A model generated the notes under the pieces. That model searched no databases and was not told where the DNA came from. It saw only the letters and a list, made by a program, of their open reading frames with translations. Position numbers and translations under genes: made by a program. Of a stretch of DNA of 64,000 nt, positions 10,851 to 20,292 are shown piece after piece. The stretch is from Minisyncoccota bacterium (GTDB taxonomy: Bacteria; Patescibacteriota; Minisyncoccia; Moranbacterales; UBA2206): NCBI GenBank assembly GCA_031291955.1, contig JARLIA010000005.1:74034-138033 (forward strand), read 5' to 3'. Each line of letters starts with the position of its first letter. The first letter of the stretch is position 1.

Positions 10851-12665
10851 ATGTCGCCAAAACATATCGCCATTTTGGATTTCGGTTCGCAATATACCCA
10901 TCTTGTCGCCAGAAACATTCGCGAGTTTGGCGTTTTAGCCAAAATTTATCCGACCGACGTGCCGGTTGAAGACTTGAAAGACGCCGAGGGAGTGATTCTT
11001 TCCGGCGGTCCGCAGGCAGTGTATGTCGAAAATTCACTTACTATTGATCCGGATATTTTGAACTTAGGCGTGCCGGTCCTGGGGCTTTGTTACGGACATC
11101 AGTTGTTGGCGCATATCCTGGGCGGGGAAGTGTCGTTGGGAAAAGTAAAAGAGTTTGGTAAGGCAAAATTGACCATCTTAAAGGACAGCCTCATTTTCAG
11201 AGACATCGTCCAAGAGTCGCAGGTCTGGATGAGTCACGGTGACGCAGTCGTCAAAGTGCCGGCTGGATTTGAAATCATCGGAACGACCGTCGATTGTCCG
11301 GTGACGGCTATGGTCGATCCGGCGCGGAAATTTTACGGATTTCAATTTCATCCGGAAGTGGCGCATACGCAAGAAGGCAAAGTCATGTTGTCTAATTTTG
11401 TCCTGGATATTTGCCAAGCGGAAAAAAACTGGCGCGTTGAGAATCTGGTTGACGATCTTTTGGAGAGAATAAAAAAGCAAGTGGGTGAAAAAAAAGTTTT
11501 CATTCTTATGAGCGGCGGCGTCGATTCCAATGTGGCTTTTGCTCTCCTCACTCGGGCGCTCGGTGCTGAGCGGGTGTTGGGACTCTACATCGACACTGGT
11601 TTTATGCGGCAAGACGAGTCGGCGGAAATAAAGCGAGGGTTTGCGCTGGCCGGATTTGAAAACATTCGGACGGTGGACGCCAGCGCCGATTTTTATGCCA
11701 AATTGGAAAATATTTATGAACCGGAGAAGAAAAGAAAAATTATCGGACAAGCCTTTTTGGAAGTTAAGGATAAAATTTCTCAGAACTTAGGACTTAATCC
11801 GGACGAGTGGCTGTTGGGCCAGGGGACGATTTATCCTGACACCATCGAATCGGGCGGCACCCGAAACGCTGACAAGATCAAGACCCACCACAATCGGGTG
11901 GACGCCATTGCCGAAATGATCGAAAAAAGCTTGGTGGTGGAACCCTTGGTGGATTTCTATAAAGATGAAGTGCGGCGCTTGGGGAAATTGCTGGGTCTTC
12001 CGGCGGACCTGATCAACCGCCATCCTTTTCCCGGACCAGGATTGGCCATTCGGACGCTTTGCCGTTCATTGGACCAGGAAGAAAATCTGGTTTTAGTCGA
12101 GCGGAAAGCGGAAGAATTTATTCACAAGAATTTCAAAAATATTTTCAACCGCGTTCTGCCGGTCCGCTCAGTCGGTGTCCAGGGAGACAATCGCACTTAT
12201 TCCCATCCCGTGGCGATCTGGGGCGAGTGCGACTGGCAAAAACTCGGAGAAATTTCCGCGGCGATCACCAATAGCACTCCGGAGATAAATCGGGTGCTCT
12301 TGCTTTTGAACCCGGGAGAAAAAAACGAACTCTTGTCGTCCGGAGAAAATTCATATCTTACTCGGGAAAGAGTGGAAAAATTGCGCCGCATCGATGAAAT
12401 AGTCAATCGGAGCATTAGAGAAGTGGGAATTTACGATTCCATCTGGCAGTTTCCGGTTGTCCTAATCCCAGTCACGGACGAAAGAAAAAAAGAATCAATC
12501 GTGCTTCGGCCGATCAATTCCCGGGATGCCATGACCTTGGATTTTTTTCAAATGGATAAAAAATTGCTGGAAAAAATTACCCAAGATATCTTAGCCACCG
12601 GAGAGATTGGCTATGTCTTTTATGATCTTACTAATAAGCCGCCAGGTACGGTGGAATGGGAATAA
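10851..12665 (+). CDS. guaA: GMP synthase (glutamine-hydrolysing)
   Basis: An N-terminal GATase is present (LGLCYGHQLL), followed by the ATP pyrophosphatase P-loop SGGVDSNVAF and a C-terminal dimerisation domain ending TVEWE. Confidence 0.9.
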   Translation: MSPKHIAILDFGSQYTHLVARNIREFGVLAKIYPTDVPVEDLKDAEGVILSGGPQAVYVENSLTIDPDILNLGVPVLGLCYGHQLLAHILGGEVSLGKVKEFGKAKLTILKDSLIFRDIVQESQVWMSHGDAVVKVPAGFEIIGTTVDCPVTAMVDPARKFYGFQFHPEVAHTQEGKVMLSNFVLDICQAEKNWRVENLVDDLLERIKKQVGEKKVFILMSGGVDSNVAFALLTRALGAERVLGLYIDTGFMRQDESAEIKRGFALAGFENIRTVDASADFYAKLENIYEPEKKRKIIGQAFLEVKDKISQNLGLNPDEWLLGQGTIYPDTIESGGTRNADKIKTHHNRVDAIAEMIEKSLVVEPLVDFYKDEVRRLGKLLGLPADLINRHPFPGPGLAIRTLCRSLDQEENLVLVERKAEEFIHKNFKNIFNRVLPVRSVGVQGDNRTYSHPVAIWGECDWQKLGEISAAITNSTPEINRVLLLLNPGEKNELLSSGENSYLTRERVEKLRRIDEIVNRSIREVGIYDSIWQFPVVLIPVTDERKKESIVLRPINSRDAMTLDFFQMDKKLLEKITQDILATGEIGYVFYDLTNKPPGTVEWE

Positions 12666-12748
12666 ACAAGTTGAAAGTTAAAAAGTAAAAGGTAAAAGTT
12701 CTATTGCCTTTATTTTTAACTTTTATCTTTTATCTTTTAACTAACCTT

Positions 12749-14182
12749 ATGCCATATAAAAAACTTCACGCCAAAATAAAAAAGTCTGTTCGGGCGACTA
12801 ATCTTTTGGAAGACGACGAGCATAGCCGGTTTCGGGTGAATAATCCGCGCTATCGAACCGTGCTCATTGAGAATATTCCATTCATTTTTACCTGCGATGA
12901 GAAGAATAAATTGGTCTGCCGCAAAAACTATTCCCTCATTATCAAAGGTGACACTATCGCCGAAGTTTTGCCGTCACAAAAAGTGACCGGCCGCAATTTT
13001 GACTTGATTTATGACGCCGGCCGGCGGGGCGGCATCGTGGTGACGCCGGGCCTCATCAACGCTCACGCCCATCCGCCGATGTATCTTCTGCGGAGCGCCA
13101 TGATGCTGGACGAAGGGGAAAGCGTGGACGAGACGATCGCAGCCATGCCTCTCTGGGAGCGGGCCATGACCGAGGAAGACTACGCTTTGGCGGCTGTTGG
13201 CGATCTCACTGAAGAACAAAAAAGCGGCATCACTACTACTTTGAGTCACTTCGCCGCTTTTGCTCCGATCGAAGCGGCTGCTCGGGCGACTAAACAAAAC
13301 ACCATTAACGCCGTCAGCGTTGCTTCCAACACCCATCCGCAAAATTCGCCCCGCCTCATCCGGGAAATTCTTGAGAAACACGGAGATGATTTGGAGGCGC
13401 GGCTGGCCATGGCCATCCACTATGTCTATCGGGCCGACGACAAAATATTGGAAGAAGTGAAAGCGCTTTCTGAAGAATATAACCTCCTTCTGACTTGCCA
13501 CATGGCCGAAAGCGAAGGCGTAGCCAGAAAGTGCGTCGAGCGGCACGGCTCGCGGGAAGTGGCGACTTTAGAGCGTAGCGGCCTTTTGAATTCCCGGACA
13601 ATTGTCTCTCATGCTGTCCACATCAACGAACGGGAAATCGAAAAACTGATTGAAAACAAAGTCGGGATCGTCCATCTGCCCACCTCCAACGTCATCCATA
13701 AATCCGGTACCTTCCCGCTCTGGAAATTTTTCGATCTGGAAAAACTCTCGTCGGTAGCGCTTGGGACCGACAGTGTGGTCAGCAAAAGCCGCCTGGATCT
13801 TTTGACGGAAGCCTACCAAGCCCGCCTCACCCATATCTATTCCCGGACGGTAAAATTCGGCACCCTTTTCAAAATGATGACGGTTAATGGCGCCCGTGTG
13901 TTGAATATGCCTGACCGCGGCAAGGTTTTGCCCGGCCTGAAAGCCGACCTGGCTTTTTGGAAGCTGAAAGACCGCGGTTTCATTCCGTTTGACGAGAAAA
14001 ATCCCATGAGCCTTCTCGGGAATCTCATTACCCACGGCGGCCGGACAGTGAGAGACTTGATGATAAATGGCCGTTTTGTCATCAAGGGCCGGCGCCATCA
14101 GCTCATCGACGAATCGAAACTCTTGGAGACGCTCCAGGAAAAACATATGCAAATGCGCCGAAGAGTAAAAAAAGAAAAATAA
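12749..14182 (+). CDS. Amidohydrolase-family deaminase (MtaD/TRZ-ATZ/guanine-deaminase-like)
   Basis: TPGLINAHAHPPMY carries the metal-binding HxH. HMAES and VSHAVH are present. Start placed at the internal ATG (MPYKKLH). Confidence 0.75.
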   Translation: MPYKKLHAKIKKSVRATNLLEDDEHSRFRVNNPRYRTVLIENIPFIFTCDEKNKLVCRKNYSLIIKGDTIAEVLPSQKVTGRNFDLIYDAGRRGGIVVTPGLINAHAHPPMYLLRSAMMLDEGESVDETIAAMPLWERAMTEEDYALAAVGDLTEEQKSGITTTLSHFAAFAPIEAAARATKQNTINAVSVASNTHPQNSPRLIREILEKHGDDLEARLAMAIHYVYRADDKILEEVKALSEEYNLLLTCHMAESEGVARKCVERHGSREVATLERSGLLNSRTIVSHAVHINEREIEKLIENKVGIVHLPTSNVIHKSGTFPLWKFFDLEKLSSVALGTDSVVSKSRLDLLTEAYQARLTHIYSRTVKFGTLFKMMTVNGARVLNMPDRGKVLPGLKADLAFWKLKDRGFIPFDEKNPMSLLGNLITHGGRTVRDLMINGRFVIKGRRHQLIDESKLLETLQEKHMQMRRRVKKEK

Positions 14183-14190
14183 AAAATGAT

Positions 14191-14799
14191 TTAACCAACC
14201 ACCGGCAGTCCGTCTAAGTCTTCTTTGGCGATCGATTTGTAGAGCGGATTTTTCTTGAGAGCCGGCTGGCCGTCGTGCTCGACGACGTAATAGGCAAATC
14301 CCCGCATCTTTTTCACCAAAGTGTAATCGGCGTGACCGGGAAAACTGGTCGGATCGCGTTCTTCAAAATCGACCGGACTGTCGTCGGCCGTGACAAAATA
14401 AGTTTCACCGGTGTTAACCAGGAGATGGCCATATCCTGGCGCCATGTAGATCCGGTTGCCGGGTTTTGTGACAATCGCTTTAAATTCTTCGACCTTGTCG
14501 GCGATCATTTCGCCATTTTCATCCATAGCCAGTTTTTGCACGAGGGCGATGCCTTGGCCGAATAAAATATCATAGTTCTCGTCCAATTGTCCGACGTGAT
14601 AGTGGCCATAGGTTTTGATGTATTCGCCCGAAACGGTGCCTGGCTCCCAGACGGTGATGTTTTTCTGGTTCTTACCGCCGCGGATCATATAGTAGTGGAT
14701 GGAGGGACCGACGCCATTGGGATCCATCAAAACGTCTTCCATCTTTTCGTGCGTTCGGGCTGCGTAGTGCTTAGGGACATTTTTAAAATCGATGTCCAT
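14191..14799 (-). CDS. Candidate cupin-type (archaeal-like) glucose-6-phosphate isomerase
   Basis: YGHYHVGQLDENY and APGYGHLLVNTGE align with the metal-binding motifs of Pyrococcus cupin PGI (GHFHAKLDRAEVY and PPYWAHRTVNIG). The gene sits next to manC and a phosphohexomutase. Confidence 0.5.
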   Translation of the reverse strand: MDIDFKNVPKHYAARTHEKMEDVLMDPNGVGPSIHYYMIRGGKNQKNITVWEPGTVSGEYIKTYGHYHVGQLDENYDILFGQGIALVQKLAMDENGEMIADKVEEFKAIVTKPGNRIYMAPGYGHLLVNTGETYFVTADDSPVDFEERDPTSFPGHADYTLVKKMRGFAYYVVEHDGQPALKKNPLYKSIAKEDLDGLPVVG

Positions 14800-14835
14800 G
14801 GGTTTTTGTTTTAATAATTATTTTGTAAAACAAGA

Positions 14836-16479
14836 CTATTTCCATATTCTCTTTGTCGCGATGTACCATTGATCTACGTTCCAGAAGCGGTCTTCCGGAG
14901 AAATGAGGGTTTGAGCATCAAGGCCATGGAGATTTGTGCTGGTTGGATAGACGTATTCGGGACTATAAAGGAAGACGGCCGGAACCTCTTTTTCCAGAGC
15001 TTGTTGGAATTGGATATAATCCTCCGCACGCTTTTTTTGATCTACTTCTGTCCGGCCATTTTCAATCAGGGTGTCACTGGTGGAGTCGCCATAAAGGGAC
15101 AAGTTTAGTCCGGGATCTTTTTTGTTGTCGGAATGCCAGAAAGAATAGGGGTCAGGATCAGCGCCGACCACTTGGCCGAAAAGGAGGGCATCGTATTCCC
15201 GCGGCCGGATATAATTCTGTTGGATGTCGGAAATAGTATAGGTGCTGACGTTTACCTTGGCTCCGACTTTCTCCCATTGATTTTTCAGGATATCGGCTGT
15301 CTGCGACAACTGGTCCCAGTCGGTTGTAACCAGATTTATAACGAGAGCCGTTCCGTTCTTGGCTCGGAAGCCGTCTTTCCCGCGAGCCCAGCCGGAAGAA
15401 TCGAGAATCTGATTGGCTTTTTCTAAATTAAACGTGCGCGCGCCAATGTCGGTCGAGTAACCAAGCATGCCGGGCAGAAACGGCGAATAAGCCGGCTGAC
15501 CGTCGCCGTTCAGAACTTGGTTGACGATGCCTTGCCGGTCAGTGGCATAATCCAGCGCCAATCTGACGTTGTCGTCGGCCAGCGGCAGGCTTTTGGTCTG
15601 ATTGAAAAAGACGGCATAATAGCGCGGGATGTTATATTTATAGACCGTTACACTTTTTTGGTTTTTGATATTGGCGACATTTTGTGAAGACAAGACACTG
15701 ATGCCCATGATCTTTTTGCTGTTGAGATCAGTTAGGGCCGAATTTTCGTCAGTATAGAAATTGAAAGTGATTTTAGCGATATTGGGCCGGCCACCGAAGT
15801 AGGCCGGATTGGCGTCTAGCGTATAGGCAAGGATATTCCCGCTGTTATCTTTTTGGAGTGAGTCGAATTTGTAGGGACCTGATCCAATCGGCTCCAGATT
15901 GAGTGGGTTAAGGCTGAAACTGTCGGAGGTAACCGAATCCCAGAGATGTTTTGGCAGGATGCTAAAAGTCAGATTATTGAGGAAAGCGGCGTAAGGCGTC
16001 GTAATCTTAAATTGCAACGTGTGATCGTCCACCTTGGTAGTGGTAATGCCTTGCCAATTTGAGCGAAGGGGAGATTTATAGGCCGGATCAGAAAGCAGGT
16101 TGATGGTGAAGACAACATCATTAGCGGTTACCGGCTGGTTGTCTTGCCAAGCGGCATTCTTTTGAAGGCGGACTGTATAAGTGGTGTGGTCGGAAGACAG
16201 GTCATAGCCCTCAGCCAGATCGGGCACAAGCTTTCCTTGCCCGTCATACTTAAAAAGACTGGAGTAAACCAGGCCGGAGATATCGGCGTCTGTCTGATTG
16301 GTTTCGGCCAAAAGCGGATTGATGTTTCGCGGTTGGCCGACGATGCCTTCGATATATTGCCCGCCGTAAGCGGCTACCGGCTTTGTTTTTGAATAATAAT
16401 AAAAAAGGCCCCAGCTGACGACCGAGCCGAGGAACACTAAAACAAGAAAATAAAAAAGCAATTTTTCCTTAAAACTCAT
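14836..16479 (-). CDS. ABC-transporter solute-binding protein, family 5 (Opp/Dpp-like), membrane-anchored. No permease gene is adjacent.
   Basis: An N-terminal TM anchor is followed by GGQYIEGIVGQPRNINPLL...DLAEGYDLSSDHTTYTVRL, which is typical of SBP_bac_5. Confidence 0.8.
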   Translation of the reverse strand: MSFKEKLLFYFLVLVFLGSVVSWGLFYYYSKTKPVAAYGGQYIEGIVGQPRNINPLLAETNQTDADISGLVYSSLFKYDGQGKLVPDLAEGYDLSSDHTTYTVRLQKNAAWQDNQPVTANDVVFTINLLSDPAYKSPLRSNWQGITTTKVDDHTLQFKITTPYAAFLNNLTFSILPKHLWDSVTSDSFSLNPLNLEPIGSGPYKFDSLQKDNSGNILAYTLDANPAYFGGRPNIAKITFNFYTDENSALTDLNSKKIMGISVLSSQNVANIKNQKSVTVYKYNIPRYYAVFFNQTKSLPLADDNVRLALDYATDRQGIVNQVLNGDGQPAYSPFLPGMLGYSTDIGARTFNLEKANQILDSSGWARGKDGFRAKNGTALVINLVTTDWDQLSQTADILKNQWEKVGAKVNVSTYTISDIQQNYIRPREYDALLFGQVVGADPDPYSFWHSDNKKDPGLNLSLYGDSTSDTLIENGRTEVDQKKRAEDYIQFQQALEKEVPAVFLYSPEYVYPTSTNLHGLDAQTLISPEDRFWNVDQWYIATKRIWK

Positions 16480-16587
16480 TACCCGAACTATTCTCGGCCA
16501 TTGGCTGATCTTGAAATGGGACTGGTTTTGGGAAATGGGGTTACGAATATTTTTTGGAATTAATGATAAAACGCGCGAATAAGTTTA

Positions 16588-16809
16588 TTATTTGGCTAGG
16601 AACAGGCTGGCGATGGCCAACAGGATGAAAATGACCGAGAGAACAACGGAGAAAGTGGTCAAGAATTTCTCAAATCCGCGTCGGGTATAATAGCCGCCAA
16701 AACTGCCGCCGAAAGTGCCAGAAAGCCCAGCCCCGCGGTTTTGCAAGAGTATTGAAATGATAAGGAGGGCGGCAATGATGATTTCGGCAAGGTTGATTAT
16801 TTTAGCCAT
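16588..16809 (-). CDS. secG: Preprotein translocase subunit SecG
   Basis: It has two TM helices with the Gly-rich loop LLQNRGAGLSGTFGGSFGG, and is 73 aa long. Confidence 0.75.
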   Translation of the reverse strand: MAKIINLAEIIIAALLIISILLQNRGAGLSGTFGGSFGGYYTRRGFEKFLTTFSVVLSVIFILLAIASLFLAK

Positions 16810-16826
16810 TTTTTTATTCTTATTTC

Positions 16827-17180
16827 TTATTCTTTAATAACAGACAATATGACGTAATTTACTAATCCAATGACAACCGTTCCCCACAGCGCCGCCCAGA
16901 AGCCGGCAATGGATAGGGTTGGGAGGAGCCAGGCCACAAAAAGGAGACATGCAATGTTGACGATAACTGTGAATAAGCCGAGCGTCAGAAGTATTACCGG
17001 CAGAGTCACTAATTTTAAAATCGGTCGGACGAACGAGTTGACAATGCCCAGTACCAAGCCGGCCGCGAGCAGATCCCACATGCCGCCGTGAAAATTAAAG
17101 CCGGGGACGAGCCGCCCGGCCGCCCAGATGGCAGCCGCGTTGGCCAAAATCATGACAATGAGCTTTCCAATCAACTTCAT
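16827..17180 (-). CDS. Holin-like 4-TM membrane protein (DUF360 / phage-holin-4 family)
   Basis: LVPGF...GLVLGIVNSFVRPILKLVTLPVILLTLGLF matches the DUF360/YvlD signature. Confidence 0.55.
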   Translation of the reverse strand: MKLIGKLIVMILANAAAIWAAGRLVPGFNFHGGMWDLLAAGLVLGIVNSFVRPILKLVTLPVILLTLGLFTVIVNIACLLFVAWLLPTLSIAGFWAALWGTVVIGLVNYVILSVIKE

Positions 17181-17208
17181 AGAATGGTAGCAAAGCCAAA
17201 GATAAAAG

Positions 17209-17457
17209 TCAACGGCTTTTATCGCTGGCCCTTGGTTTTGTTTTCTTAATGATTATTTCTCTAATTTTCAGGACGCTTTTGCCCGAGACTGGCATTTTCG
17301 GTTTCTTCTTGTTTTCTCGCTTCTCAGCCCCGCCTGCCGCGCTATGCCGCCAATAATCATTTTCATATTGACTGGCAAAGTTTTTGTCTAGCATTAACCC
17401 TTTGAAGTTATCCCCAGACGCGGCATTGCGGGCAGGTTTTGTTTTTTTGGCAGACAT
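17209..17457 (-). CDS. Hypothetical basic small protein (82 aa)
   Basis: ORF only. Confidence 0.3.
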   Translation of the reverse strand: MSAKKTKPARNAASGDNFKGLMLDKNFASQYENDYWRHSAAGGAEKRENKKKPKMPVSGKSVLKIREIIIKKTKPRASDKSR

Positions 17458-17506
17458 GATTTAATTATAGCACAAGTCGTGGAACGCAAAACACGAAAGC
17501 GAAAAC

Positions 17507-17534
17507 TTGACGAGGATGGCGGTAGTGTTATAAT
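17507..17534 (+). promoter_or_regulatory. Near-consensus sigma-70-type promoter (TTGACG, 16-nt spacer, TATAAT)
   Basis: TTGACG lies at 17507-17512 and TATAAT at 17529-17534. It lies upstream of the 17554 ORF and uvrB. Confidence 0.45.
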
Positions 17535-17553
17535 AACATGCGATTTTAATCTT

Positions 17554-17838
17554 ATGGAATTCCATAACATTAAAAACGAAGCCGGTTCTAATGGTTTTAT
17601 TCTCTCATCTTCGCGCTGGATAAAAAAGAATCCGAAACTGGCCGGGAATGTTCGCGACTGCGCGGATGTGACGCAATTGGTGTGCTTAGCTAATCTTGAA
17701 AATCTTAACGCCGAATATATCCGCGCCGGATTGCCGCAAAAAGAGCGATTGCTAAACCTGAACCAAAGCGCCATTTCCCAAATGAAATCGTTGGCGGACA
17801 GTCCGGGAATCAGGAAGTTGGAAAACAAAAAATTTTGA
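17554..17838 (+). CDS. Hypothetical protein (94 aa)
   Basis: The listed ORF was trimmed to the first ATG downstream of the predicted promoter. Confidence 0.35.
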   Translation: MEFHNIKNEAGSNGFILSSSRWIKKNPKLAGNVRDCADVTQLVCLANLENLNAEYIRAGLPQKERLLNLNQSAISQMKSLADSPGIRKLENKKF

Positions 17839-17845
17839 CAAGTTT

Positions 17846-20068
17846 ATGGAAAACAAATTCAAAATATCCTCCAAATTCAAGCCCGAAGGCGATCAGCCGC
17901 AGGCGATTGAAAAATTGACCGCGGGGCTTGAGGCTGGAAAAAAGTTCCAGACGCTTTTGGGCGTGACGGGGTCGGGGAAGACTTTTACCATTGCCAACGT
18001 CATTGAAAATATCCAAAAACCGACTTTGGTCATTGCGCCCAACAAGACTTTGGCGGCGCAACTGGCGCAGGAATTTCGGACTTTCTTTCCCAAAAGCGCG
18101 GTGGAATATTTCGTTTCCTATTATGATTATTATCAGCCGGAAGCCTACATCGCTTCCTCCGACACATACATCGAAAAGGAATCCCAGATCAACGACGAGA
18201 TCGACCGGCTTCGCCACGCGGCCACCGCGGCGCTCATGAGTCGCCGCGATGTCATCATTTGCGCTTCGGTGTCGTGTATCTACGGTTTGGGCAGCCCGGA
18301 ATATTATCGGAATATTACGCTGGAATTGGCGGTGGAGGACGGTTATTCGCAGGTTCGGGCGTCCACGCCCGAACCGCATAGTCCTGGTAAAACAAAATTA
18401 TCAGTCAAATCTGAATCGAAAATTTCCGCAGATAATAAAAAATTACCAGAAATGGCAGGTTCAATCGGGACGATTGAACCTGCAAAAAAAAATAATAGGG
18501 ACGAGATTGTAAAAAAATTGATCGACATGCAATATAATCGGAGCGATGTTTTGGCGCGGGGGAAATTCCGGCTGACCGGGAATACTCTGGAAATTATGCC
18601 GCCCGGACGGGAAATTGTAACGAGGATTGAAATGGAAGGGGGCAGTATTAAAAAAATATTCGAGTACGATTTTCTTACCGGCGAGGAACTGGGAAAGCTG
18701 GAAAAAGCGGTCATCTATCCAGCCAAACATTTCGTGGTGCCCGAACCGGTGATGGAAGGCGCTTTGGAAAAAATTCAAAAAGAAATGGAAGAGCAAGTGG
18801 AATTTTTCAAGCGTCAGGGAAAGATTCTGGAAGCGGAAAGGATTTCCCGTCGGACGCGCCAGGACATTGAAATGATGAGGGAAATCGGCTACTGCAATGG
18901 AATTGAAAACTATTCCCGCTTTCTCACTGAACGCCAGCCCGGTGAACCCCCCTACACTTTGATCGATTATTTTCCCGACGATTTTCTCATGGTGATTGAC
19001 GAATCGCATGTGACCGTGCCGCAACTCAACGGAATGTATAACGGCGACCACGCCCGGAAAGTCTCACTGATCGACAACGGCTTCCGCCTGCCTTCGGCTT
19101 TTGATAACCGCCCGCTTAAATTTCCGGAGTTCGAGAAAAAAATAAACCAGCTGATTTTCACGTCGGCGACACCGGCAAAATATGAAATGGAAAAATCAAA
19201 AATAGACCCCCTCTCCCGTAATCGGGAGAGGGTTGGGGAGAGGGCAACGCGGAACTCGGCGCCCTCTCTGTCGCGAGTACGCGACATCTCTCCCGAGTAC
19301 GGGGGAGAGGGAAATATTGTGGAACAAATTATTAGGCCGACCGGACTGATTGATCCAGAGCTGGAAATCAAGCCGACCAGAGGACAGGTGAAAGATGTGA
19401 CGGAGGAGATCAAAAAAATAATCGCCCGGAAGGAGCGGGTGCTTATCACCACGCTGACTAAAAAAATGGCCGAAGACTTGTCGGATTTCTTGAAAGAGAG
19501 CGAAGTGAAAGCTGAATATCTCCATTCCGGCGTGGACACTTTGGACCGGGTGCGGATTTTGGAACAATTGCGCCGGGGAAAATTTGATGTTCTGGTCGGA
19601 GTAAATTTGCTGCGGGAAGGGCTCGATCTTCCCGAAGTTTCTTTGGTGGCGATTCTCGACGCGGACAAAGAAGGATTTTTGCGGAGCGAAACGTCGCTCA
19701 TCCAAACCATCGGCCGCGCCGCGCGGAATGTCAAAGGAAAAGTTATTCTCTACGCCGACACCATTACCGGTTCGATGAAACGAGCTATCGACGAGACAAA
19801 CCGTCGCCGGGCAATCCAGACGGAATATAACAAAAAACATCGTATCACTCCAAAAACCATCAAGAAGAAAATCCAGTCGATCGTCGACCATGAAATCAAA
19901 CCTCAGGTGACGCGCGACTTTTCCCAATTGGAATCATTGGAGGATATGGCCGGCTACATTAAACAACGCGAGCGCGAAATGAAAGACGCGGCCCGGAATT
20001 TGGAATTTGAAAAAGCGGCGATCATCCGGGACGAGATAAGTGAGTTGAGGAAGCTGCAGATAAAATAG
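17846..20068 (+). CDS. uvrB: Excinuclease ABC subunit B, with two in-frame palindrome-bearing insertions
   Basis: Motifs present: GVTGSGKTF, the beta-hairpin region YVSYYDYYQPEAY, the helicase motifs, and the C-terminal UVR domain AAIIRDEISELRKL. The protein is 740 aa, against a typical ~660. Confidence 0.95.
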   Translation: MENKFKISSKFKPEGDQPQAIEKLTAGLEAGKKFQTLLGVTGSGKTFTIANVIENIQKPTLVIAPNKTLAAQLAQEFRTFFPKSAVEYFVSYYDYYQPEAYIASSDTYIEKESQINDEIDRLRHAATAALMSRRDVIICASVSCIYGLGSPEYYRNITLELAVEDGYSQVRASTPEPHSPGKTKLSVKSESKISADNKKLPEMAGSIGTIEPAKKNNRDEIVKKLIDMQYNRSDVLARGKFRLTGNTLEIMPPGREIVTRIEMEGGSIKKIFEYDFLTGEELGKLEKAVIYPAKHFVVPEPVMEGALEKIQKEMEEQVEFFKRQGKILEAERISRRTRQDIEMMREIGYCNGIENYSRFLTERQPGEPPYTLIDYFPDDFLMVIDESHVTVPQLNGMYNGDHARKVSLIDNGFRLPSAFDNRPLKFPEFEKKINQLIFTSATPAKYEMEKSKIDPLSRNRERVGERATRNSAPSLSRVRDISPEYGGEGNIVEQIIRPTGLIDPELEIKPTRGQVKDVTEEIKKIIARKERVLITTLTKKMAEDLSDFLKESEVKAEYLHSGVDTLDRVRILEQLRRGKFDVLVGVNLLREGLDLPEVSLVAILDADKEGFLRSETSLIQTIGRAARNVKGKVILYADTITGSMKRAIDETNRRRAIQTEYNKKHRITPKTIKKKIQSIVDHEIKPQVTRDFSQLESLEDMAGYIKQREREMKDAARNLEFEKAAIIRDEISELRKLQIK

Positions 20069-20217
20069 TGAAAAAAGTTATCCACAGGAGGGCGCTTGCT
20101 CATTCTTGTCGGAGTTCTATAATTGAAACAGGCAAGGTTTGGAAACAAAGATACAATTAATGTTTCCGCGTATGAAATGCTATTTGGCTGGAAAATTAAA
20201 TGGCATTGCAATCATAA

Positions 20218-20244
20218 TGAACACGTTTTAGGCGTGTTTTTTTG
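20218..20244 (+). terminator. Rho-independent terminator downstream of uvrB
   Basis: AACACG-TTTTAGG-CGTGTT is followed by TTTTTTTGTT. Confidence 0.45.
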
Positions 20245-20257
20245 TTCCCCGAAAACC

Positions 20258-20286
20258 CCTTGCAATTTTTCTCGAAACGTGCTATA
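20258..20286 (+). promoter_or_regulatory. Candidate promoter (TTGCAA, 17-nt spacer, TATAGT)
   Basis: The elements are visible in sequence. It would drive the ~330-nt structured region below. Confidence 0.35.
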
Positions 20287-20292
20287 GTCGGC

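Noticed and set aside
18461-19927. Several long minus-strand ORFs (196-255 aa) inside uvrB
   Set aside because: They are antisense to a gene with 740 aa of continuous UvrB homology. No motifs are evident.
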